IMG/VR virus record: IMGVR_UViG_3300021400_002728
Coordinates: 197,154 to 261,153 of that record
DNA from: a virus
Lineage: Duplodnaviria > Heunggongvirae > Uroviricota > Caudoviricetes
Length of the DNA: 64,000 nucleotides
Direction: 5' to 3' (one strand)
Shown here: piece after piece, positions 57,131 to 64,000 of the stretch
How positions within the stretch are numbered: position 1 is the first letter of the stretch
Layout: every line of letters starts with the position of its first letter
The notes under the pieces: model-generated
Databases searched by the model: none
What the model saw: only the letters and a program-made list of their open reading frames with translations
Told to the model about the DNA's origin: nothing
Made by a program: the position numbers and the translations under genes

Positions 57131-57997
57131 TTATACAGTTTTTTCTAAGAGTTCAATTAATTTTTCAAAGGATAAATTATTATAATAACCATCCCAATCG
57201 CCTCTAATATGTGCTACTTCAGAACTACCTTTAAAAAGATAAATATTTCCTTTAGTTACTGGATCATGACTTCTATTCCAAACACAATTTTCGATACGTT
57301 CGCCTCTACCATATTTAGAAAAAGGTTCTGTACATACCCAAGCTGAGTTACGTAAACCAGAATATCTAGCAACTAAATCATATCCATCAATCTTATAATC
57401 AGCAAATAATTCAACATTTTTAATTTTATATTGGTTATTTACTTTATCTAAATATACATGGCCAGTATAAACTATCCAAGGAACAGATATATTTACACCA
57501 ATCATACCTAATGGCGCTTTACGAAAATACTCAAAAGTGTTCCAACAGTTATGATCAACACTAATATCATATTGTGTTGCCATATATAAAACAGTATCAT
57601 CTTCACAAATTAATTCTATTCTATTAGAATTTTCATCAATCATATAAATAACACCCTGATCATAAACTAATTTAGGATTTCCAATATTTTTTATTTCAGG
57701 CGTTTCATATGTGACTTCATCAAATATATTCTTAAAATCAAACGCAAGAATCATGTCTTTTACATAATCGTCTATTTGTCTAATAAGCGTATAACAGCCT
57801 AACATTTTAGCTGCAATATAGTATTGTACTAATTTATGAACAGATTTAATTGATTTAACATTAGTACCTTTATTATTATTCTTTCTATCTAATATTTTAT
57901 CATAATATTTTTGCTCAACGTCTTCATTATGTAATTTGTTATTCTTATTTGCTTGATACCATTGATATAATTCTTCAATGAAATTAGTTTCAGCCAT
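57131..57997 (-). CDS. hypothetical protein, paralogue of 53830-55035
   Basis: shared termini. Confidence 0.8.
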   Translation of the reverse strand: MAETNFIEELYQWYQANKNNKLHNEDVEQKYYDKILDRKNNNKGTNVKSIKSVHKLVQYYIAAKMLGCYTLIRQIDDYVKDMILAFDFKNIFDEVTYETPEIKNIGNPKLVYDQGVIYMIDENSNRIELICEDDTVLYMATQYDISVDHNCWNTFEYFRKAPLGMIGVNISVPWIVYTGHVYLDKVNNQYKIKNVELFADYKIDGYDLVARYSGLRNSAWVCTEPFSKYGRGERIENCVWNRSHDPVTKGNIYLFKGSSEVAHIRGDWDGYYNNLSFEKLIELLEKTV

Positions 57998-58010
57998 TTA
58001 TATCACCTCT

Positions 58011-58307
58011 TTATACAAATGTATTGTCTACAACAGCAGTTATATCATAATGTTCAAGACGAGTAAGTAAGTCTTTCATAAAAGAAAGTTCTTTCTCTTT
58101 AGTATTAAGACCTCTTGCCCACCAGTCATCATAATCATCATTTAGACTTCTAAATTCTTCAATAACATCTTCTGTAGTAATTTTAGTTAAAGTACCTTTT
58201 TCGAGTCTGTTTTTAAGATAATAAGCAACTTTATTAGCAATCCATTCCATATCTTCTGGCTCAGGTCCACGGGGTGGTTTATATGATATATAATCTAATT
58301 CACTCAT
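58011..58307 (-). CDS. hypothetical protein
   Basis: ORF with AGGAGG RBS. Confidence 0.7.
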   Translation of the reverse strand: MSELDYISYKPPRGPEPEDMEWIANKVAYYLKNRLEKGTLTKITTEDVIEEFRSLNDDYDDWWARGLNTKEKELSFMKDLLTRLEHYDITAVVDNTFV

Positions 58308-58318
58308 ATCGATACCTC

Positions 58319-58645
58319 CTATTTATCAAAGTACAGTATCTTACTCCAATCTGATGAACATGTTTTATTAATCAGTTTATGTAATTCATATTTTTCACTT
58401 AGATGCAATCGATCATTAACATCTATATTCAGCTTAAATAAATACGCCGGAACATCAGTACATTCATCTGCACCTAAAAACCAATCATCTTCAGTAGTTA
58501 CATAGATTTCTTCAATTTTGTCAGCAATTTCAGGCAGTTCATCTTTAATTAGATCTTTATTAAAATGATATAGATCTCTATCAGCAGATTCTTTATAGTC
58601 ACTATATTTTGACTGTTCTACTTTTAATTGAACGTAATATTTCAT
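58319..58645 (-). CDS. hypothetical protein
   Basis: ORF; start at MKYYV behind AGGAG. Confidence 0.7.
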   Translation of the reverse strand: MKYYVQLKVEQSKYSDYKESADRDLYHFNKDLIKDELPEIADKIEEIYVTTEDDWFLGADECTDVPAYLFKLNIDVNDRLHLSEKYELHKLINKTCSSDWSKILYFDK

Positions 58646-58658
58646 TTTTATTACTCCT

Positions 58659-59105
58659 CTATAATTTAGATCTATCCGGAGTTTCAAACTCTTCACCTTT
58701 TCTAAGTACTAAGAATCCTATAATATCATAATCAGTACTTCCAAAGGATTCACCGTCATAGAAATCAGCTTCAGTATATCCAGCATGAATAGAACGAACG
58801 TCTAATTCTCTTTTTCTAAGAATATCCATAATTTCTGAATTGAATACAGATTTCTTAATAATTTTACCGATTAGCAAATCTGCTAAAGATATTTCTTCAC
58901 CATTGTGATAGATATAATCTCGGTTAAATTCAAATCTATCAATATTCACATTCCAATCATATGAATATCCATATCCAGCTAAACTACCTTTTTCTAATAC
59001 TGAACCAGTATAAAGTTTTTCACATCGACCATCATAGTCGAATACACCATATTTAATTAAAATTTTTAAGTCAGTTGTATCATCTGATCTAGGAAAGAAT
59101 AACAT
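58659..59105 (-). CDS. hypothetical protein
   Basis: ORF; start at MLFFP behind GAGGAGG. Confidence 0.7.
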   Translation of the reverse strand: MLFFPRSDDTTDLKILIKYGVFDYDGRCEKLYTGSVLEKGSLAGYGYSYDWNVNIDRFEFNRDYIYHNGEEISLADLLIGKIIKKSVFNSEIMDILRKRELDVRSIHAGYTEADFYDGESFGSTDYDIIGFLVLRKGEEFETPDRSKL

Positions 59106-59109
59106 AAGT

Positions 59110-59316
59110 TTAATCCTCCTCAATCTCGTCATACGCAAGCATAACATTATTTTTTACATTTTCAAGATCTTCAATTGCTCTGGAAACTTTCATTTCCATA
59201 AATTCAAGACTGTTATATCCGTCAAATTCATCCATTTCTTTCTGAATTTCTTTGATCTTATATGCAGCTTCACCACAATAAGTTTTAATACATTCCTTTC
59301 TTGTTTTAAGTGCCAT
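59110..59316 (-). CDS. small coiled-coil protein, paralogue of 56287-56487
   Basis: see paralogue. Confidence 0.8.
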   Translation of the reverse strand: MALKTRKECIKTYCGEAAYKIKEIQKEMDEFDGYNSLEFMEMKVSRAIEDLENVKNNVMLAYDEIEED

Positions 59317-59328
59317 AGCTAATCTCCT

Positions 59329-59823
59329 TTACTTATTTGAAAATATATACTGTACATACTCATATGCAGAGTTAAAGAACATTGGTGGAACAGTATTACT
59401 TACATTATATTTTTGTAAAATAGCAGCAACTCTTTGAGGTGTCATCTGGTTTTTGATCTCTTTATATGCCTTCTTATAGTTATCTTTATTATCACTATTA
59501 GAGGCATCTTCTTTTAGTTGTTTGAGAATAGCCTTTTTATAATCCTCAAATGAATCTATATATACAATATGACAAGAAGTTATACCATATACTGGTTTAG
59601 GAATTATAGATTCAACTTTTATTTCATTTTCTAATAACTTACTAATAAATCTAGAGTAAGTTTCTTTTTGTGCCATTTCTAATATTTCAGGTTCTACATC
59701 TTTATGAGAGTAAGATGATTCATCTAAATCGCATTCACCAAGTTTAATCATTAAGCATTCAATAAGATAACCAACATGTACTAACGGATCACAATTAGGA
59801 CTAAAGTATGCAATATATAACAT
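59329..59823 (-). CDS. hypothetical protein
   Basis: ORF with AGGAGG RBS. Confidence 0.75.
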   Translation of the reverse strand: MLYIAYFSPNCDPLVHVGYLIECLMIKLGECDLDESSYSHKDVEPEILEMAQKETYSRFISKLLENEIKVESIIPKPVYGITSCHIVYIDSFEDYKKAILKQLKEDASNSDNKDNYKKAYKEIKNQMTPQRVAAILQKYNVSNTVPPMFFNSAYEYVQYIFSNK

Positions 59824-59881
59824 GTTAATCGGCCTCCTTATAAATCTTCATCTATATCAAGTAATCTATCTGACACATAAT

Positions 59882-59947
59882 AAAAATACCTAACCTCTTT
59901 TGAGATTAGGTATTGTTCACATTCATACATTATTATAATTAAATAGC
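59882..59947 (-). promoter_or_regulatory. repeated promoter-like + hairpin element, copy 13 (covaried stem)
   Basis: stem AATACCTAATCTC/GAGGTTAGGTATT. Confidence 0.75.
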
Positions 59948-59959
59948 TCTTATTAGAGA

Positions 59960-60433
59960 TTACTGAACAAAATCTGAAAGATCAGTAAAGACTGAAACTT
60001 TGATCTTATCTTTACTCTTAGATTTCTGTTCAAACTTCTTGATGAAAGATTCACACTTCTGAAGAATAACTTCCTTATTCTTATCCTTAGGAACTTTTAC
60101 ATAAGATTCAAAATAACCATCCGTCATGATAACCACAGAAGCATAACCTTCTTTTACTGCTTTTTTATAAGTGGTTTCATAATCACGAAGAGTTAAGAGT
60201 TCACCAAGTAAACATTCAAGTCCATAAATACTATCAGGACCATAATAATCCTTTGCCACTTTATCAAGTTCAGAAGTGTCGAAATCATACTGATCAGGTC
60301 CGCCCCAACCATCTTGAGACCAGAAACCTTGGTTCTTACCATTAAAGTATACCTTTCCCTGATAATTAGTGGGATATTCTGTACTTCTGAAAGTCTTAAC
60401 ACTTTTAAGTTCAATTCCTTTAATACTTGCCAT
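59960..60433 (-). CDS. hypothetical early protein, intact paralogue of 27368-27843
   Basis: MASIKGIELKSVKTFR; own sigmaA promoter. Confidence 0.85.
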   Translation of the reverse strand: MASIKGIELKSVKTFRSTEYPTNYQGKVYFNGKNQGFWSQDGWGGPDQYDFDTSELDKVAKDYYGPDSIYGLECLLGELLTLRDYETTYKKAVKEGYASVVIMTDGYFESYVKVPKDKNKEVILQKCESFIKKFEQKSKSKDKIKVSVFTDLSDFVQ

Positions 60434-60466
60434 AATAGATACCTCCAAAATATTTATTATGGTTAT

Positions 60467-60500
60467 ATTATAACAAGGATTTTGATTAATGTAAATAGTT
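60467..60500 (-). promoter_or_regulatory. sigmaA-type promoter
   Basis: AACTA-TTTACA-N17-TATAAT with TG. Confidence 0.8.
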
Positions 60501-60511
60501 TTTTGATAAAT

Positions 60512-62128
60512 TTAACTAACTTTCATTTCAGCTAATACTGCATTAATGGCGACATTTTTAAGTTTACAGAATGGTCCAAGTGGAACATATTGAGGAGCTT
60601 TTTGTCCAAGAATATATTCACGAGTCATATCTCCAGGATCTCCACCTTTTTCTACCCATCTTGCCCAAGCCTGTCTACATCTCATAGCAATTGCTTCAGC
60701 TACTACTTTTGCTACAAGTTCTTTTAACTCACAACTATATCCAGTAACAACAAGATCTTCTGGACGAATATCATTAGGTGGAATATAATCAATAATTTTA
60801 CTACCTCCACCAGCTATTCCAGCTTCATTAGGATTACTAGCAAGTTTCTTTTTATTTAACTGTGCAAATCTTGTTTTTTCTTCTTTAGTTAATCCAATAA
60901 ACTTACCAGTATTAGGATCAGTTGTTTGCATCTTAATAGCCAATTTTTCAAATTCTTCTTGTTCGGCTTGAGTCATATATTGAGCTGACTGTTCGTTTAA
61001 TAACTCATATACTGACTTTCTATGAAGATTGTCCACTATATCAAATACTACTTTTGCTTCAGAATCGCCAGTACTGATAGCTCTACCAAGCTGTTGTGAA
61101 TATATAATACCAGAATAAGTACCTCTGTACATAATAATTCCAGTAAGATCATTTGCGTGATGTCCCATGTTCATCATATTAATTGTATAGATAAAATCAA
61201 TATGATTTTCTTTTCTAGTTAATTCTGGTAATTTGTCTACATTACTTTCATATTCTGAATTTTCAGAAGAAACAATAAGTTCATTAATTGTATGGTTTGG
61301 AAATACTGTTTTGAACCATTTTTTAACATTCTTCTTAGCACGACGCATGTGAGCAAAATCTTTAAAAAATACAATATATTTTTGGTATGATGTATCTACA
61401 TTAGATTCTATTAAGGTTTGCTGAATTGCAGTTTCCATTTTAGATAATCTAGCAATTTCAAGAAGTCTAGCGTTAATCAACTCAGAAAAATGTGTACGTT
61501 CAGCAATATTTAAGTCTTGTACTTTTATCATTAGATCTTTTTTAAGTCGAGCTAATGTTTTTGGATCAGACTCTCCATAAGCACAAAATGTATAAATTGG
61601 TTTCTGTACTATACCATCTACAATAGCATCATGTAATGTATATGGACTAGTGCAGTGATCATCAAAATAGTAAGAAATTTCATCTACTAGATCCATTCTT
61701 TCAGGAGTAGCTGTCGCGCCTACAATATGTGGTTTTGGATTCATTTCTAATAAGTCATTTAATCCTATCATAGTCATAGGTGCGCCAATTCTATGACATT
61801 CATCACAAATAATCAAATCAGTACCTTGAAGTTCTTTCATATCAGATTCACTTAACTGTGTAAGTTTCATATAAGTCATAAAAGTTACATTATTAATAGA
61901 ATCATGATTTTTAGGATTGCTGTAATAGAAATTCAACACTGCTTGTTTAATTACTTCAGTTGGATATAAGTATAAAATTTTCTTATATCTATGGCTTTTA
62001 ATAAGTCTAGTAAGTAGACCAGTTTTACCAAATCCAGTAGGTCTAACTACCGCACATTGACCATACGTTTTAAGAAGATATATCATTTCTTGATATGTTT
62101 GTTCACGTAACTGTTCTATTTTAGTCAT
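60512..62128 (-). CDS. superfamily 2 helicase (ResIII/DExH-like)
   Basis: Q motif, PTGFGKT, DECH, TATPER, QQLGR. Confidence 0.9.
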   Translation of the reverse strand: MTKIEQLREQTYQEMIYLLKTYGQCAVVRPTGFGKTGLLTRLIKSHRYKKILYLYPTEVIKQAVLNFYYSNPKNHDSINNVTFMTYMKLTQLSESDMKELQGTDLIICDECHRIGAPMTMIGLNDLLEMNPKPHIVGATATPERMDLVDEISYYFDDHCTSPYTLHDAIVDGIVQKPIYTFCAYGESDPKTLARLKKDLMIKVQDLNIAERTHFSELINARLLEIARLSKMETAIQQTLIESNVDTSYQKYIVFFKDFAHMRRAKKNVKKWFKTVFPNHTINELIVSSENSEYESNVDKLPELTRKENHIDFIYTINMMNMGHHANDLTGIIMYRGTYSGIIYSQQLGRAISTGDSEAKVVFDIVDNLHRKSVYELLNEQSAQYMTQAEQEEFEKLAIKMQTTDPNTGKFIGLTKEEKTRFAQLNKKKLASNPNEAGIAGGGSKIIDYIPPNDIRPEDLVVTGYSCELKELVAKVVAEAIAMRCRQAWARWVEKGGDPGDMTREYILGQKAPQYVPLGPFCKLKNVAINAVLAEMKVS

Positions 62129-63388
62129 TTACATGCCCTCCTTATTTGCACAGATATGACTATTTATTTCCTCTATAGTTCCAATATCATGGTGGTGACA
62201 GCATTTACATACATAGAAAAAATTTCTTTCTGAACCATAATTATATGCACGCTGTTCAATTTGACACTTACCTAACATATATGGATATGGATGTTTAAGT
62301 GTGAGTTCAGTAAAACGCTTATAGTCTGTATTTACTTTATATCCATCTTCAAATGTAACTTCTATATCAGTAGCACTATTATATTTAGTAATAGTCATAT
62401 TAAGACCGTTTAAGTTAGTTAAACTTTCGCCAAGTCGTTCTTTGGGATATTTAATAGTGCCATCTAAAAATCCTTTATAATAAGTAGAAATTATAGTACC
62501 ATCATCAAATTGTACATCTATGTCAGAATTATTTTGAAATCTGACTATAGTCATTTTTAAACCTTCATTATTAATATTAGTTTCTCCAACTCTAATTTCT
62601 TTTATATAGTCAGATATATCAATTCTGCCATCTTTAAATTTTTCATATTTTCGATGTGCGAGAATAGTCCCATTTGGAAGTTGTATGTCTATATCTTTTC
62701 TATTTCTATATACAACTATTTTTATTTCTACTCCGTCAATTATAACAGTTTCACCAACTCTAGATGATTTTTGAGTATTAGCAAATATAGTTCCAGTTAA
62801 ATTTGGATTATTGATCTCACCATTCTTAAAATGCTGATAACGTTTATTTCTAACTATAGTACCATCTTCAAATTGTACATCTAAATCTTTAGAAGACCTG
62901 TAGTCTATAATAGTCATTTTCATACCATTTTTAGATATTATAGATTCACCTTTATGTGTAAATTTAGGTTTACTTATTTTTACGGGTTTAGACTTAGCAT
63001 AATTGGGATTTTTATATTTGCCTCTTTTAAAAGCATAATAATCTTTATGAGTGAGAATTGTGCCGTCTTCAAATTGTATATCTATGTCTGTAGATAGTCT
63101 ATATTCAATACAAGTCATTTTGAGACCATCTGAATTATATACAGTTTCGCCTTTACGTAAAAATTGAGAATCTGATCTAGTCTTACATATATTACCTTTT
63201 ACAAAATTACTATAAGACTTATGACAAACTATAGTTCCATCTATGTCTACATCAATATCCTCGGCATTTCTATATACAACAATGGTCATAGGTAAACCAT
63301 ATTTAGATTTACCATGCTGACCTAATCGTTCCACTTTATTTAGTTGTAAAATCTCTTCATTTGTTTTTCGATTTTCCCAATTATTCAC
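62129..63388 (-). CDS. tandem-repeat putative DNA-binding protein with C-terminal Cys/His module
   Basis: six ~55-aa repeats RxGE..GxxMTIxxYRxxxDIDVQFEDG..YxxFxxG; CKCC..HIC end. Confidence 0.75.
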   Translation of the reverse strand: MNNWENRKTNEEILQLNKVERLGQHGKSKYGLPMTIVVYRNAEDIDVDIDGTIVCHKSYSNFVKGNICKTRSDSQFLRKGETVYNSDGLKMTCIEYRLSTDIDIQFEDGTILTHKDYYAFKRGKYKNPNYAKSKPVKISKPKFTHKGESIISKNGMKMTIIDYRSSKDLDVQFEDGTIVRNKRYQHFKNGEINNPNLTGTIFANTQKSSRVGETVIIDGVEIKIVVYRNRKDIDIQLPNGTILAHRKYEKFKDGRIDISDYIKEIRVGETNINNEGLKMTIVRFQNNSDIDVQFDDGTIISTYYKGFLDGTIKYPKERLGESLTNLNGLNMTITKYNSATDIEVTFEDGYKVNTDYKRFTELTLKHPYPYMLGKCQIEQRAYNYGSERNFFYVCKCCHHHDIGTIEEINSHICANKEGM

Positions 63389-64000
63389 AAATATGTTTCT
63401 TAGCCTCTTCTATGGTCCAAATATCCTTATGACCACACTTAGTACAAGTGCAATAAAAATTTCCTATATCTTTTATATATGCAAGTTTTTCAAGTTTAAC
63501 ATCATTTATAAGTATTGGAAAATTTTGTAAATGACTTGAATGATGACCTATAAAAATATAGTCATAATTTTGATTTGTTAAAATTAATCCAGTATCAAGT
63601 TTAATAGTAATGTTACTGTGTTTATAATACTCAATTATCTCTGCAGAAAAACCTTGTTTAGTTATAATTTTTTGACCTAATCTAGATCTATCTGTAAGAG
63701 CATGTAAAGTAGGATGTTTTATAATTCCTTCTAAAAAATTACGATACGATTTATGTTCTACAATAACACCGTCTTCAAACTGAATATCTATGTCGACATT
63801 AGATCTATATGCAATAATAGTCATCCATAAACCGGTTTTAGATAACTGCTTTTCTCCTAATCTAACTTTAGGTAAATCTGAATGTTTTATTTTACTTTTA
63901 TGGCGTATTCGTCCAGATCTAAATTGATCATATCTAGTATGCTTTACTATATATCCATCTTCAAACATAACATCTATATCATTATTTCGTCTATAATCTA
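63381..64000 (-). CDS. second tandem-repeat protein of the same family, 5' part outside the window
   Basis: frame open to window edge (DYRRNNDIDVMFEDG); same repeat and CTKCG..HIC end. Confidence 0.75.
   Translation of the reverse strand, partial: DYRRNNDIDVMFEDGYIVKHTRYDQFRSGRIRHKSKIKHSDLPKVRLGEKQLSKTGLWMTIIAYRSNVDIDIQFEDGVIVEHKSYRNFLEGIIKHPTLHALTDRSRLGQKIITKQGFSAEIIEYYKHSNITIKLDTGLILTNQNYDYIFIGHHSSHLQNFPILINDVKLEKLAYIKDIGNFYCTCTKCGHKDIWTIEEAKKHICE

Noticed and set aside
441-59947. 13-copy hairpin repeat as a CRISPR array or integron attC series
   Set aside because: Copies are kilobases apart with several genes between, stems covary rather than repeat, there are no GTTRRRY ends, and no cas or integrase gene is seen.
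2133-60535. Plus-strand ORFs and short alternative-frame minus ORFs in the track
   Set aside because: They overlap better minus-strand genes, lack an RBS and have shadow-like composition (e.g. 33982-34188 is antisense to the fragmented gene).
1-64000. tRNA, rRNA and virion structural genes
   Set aside because: None recognisable by eye; phage identity is therefore inferred from gene organisation and content only, and a large plasmid-like element is not excluded.

Overview
AT-rich, gene-dense window with essentially all genes (~115 ORFs, mostly small hypotheticals) on the minus strand. It has strong AGGAGG ribosome-binding sites and sigmaA-type promoters, and no structural, rRNA, tRNA or CRISPR features were seen. 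It is most consistent with an early/accessory region of a large (jumbo-type) phage of a Bacillota host (inference). Recognisable genes: thymidine kinase, radical SAM enzyme, AAA+ ATPase, SF2 helicase, NlpC/P60 peptidase, PilZ protein, P-loop kinase, 2H phosphoesterase, ART/Tpt1-like protein, HAD protein, and three homing-type endonucleases (one fused to a DNA methyltransferase). The standout is a hidden 'gene in pieces' at 33321-34164 that the ORF track misses. It encodes the middle part of an FtsK-like ATPase and appears to need three processing steps: (i) a 21-nt ribosomal hop over a stop-containing hairpin, (ii) removal of a 418-nt group I intron, and (iii) protein trans-splicing through a 12-residue intein C-tag (..ISHN|S). 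A free-standing gene 7 kb away (41380-41736) encodes the missing middle of a class-3-like intein, which suggests a natural three-piece intein. Other notable patterns: six paralogues with an N-terminal FETNSSS motif near the radical SAM gene; a 13-copy promoter-like + RNA-hairpin element; a kissing-loop RNA leader shared by two endonuclease genes; and duplicated gene 3' ends. All family assignments are from motifs read by eye; no database searches were run.
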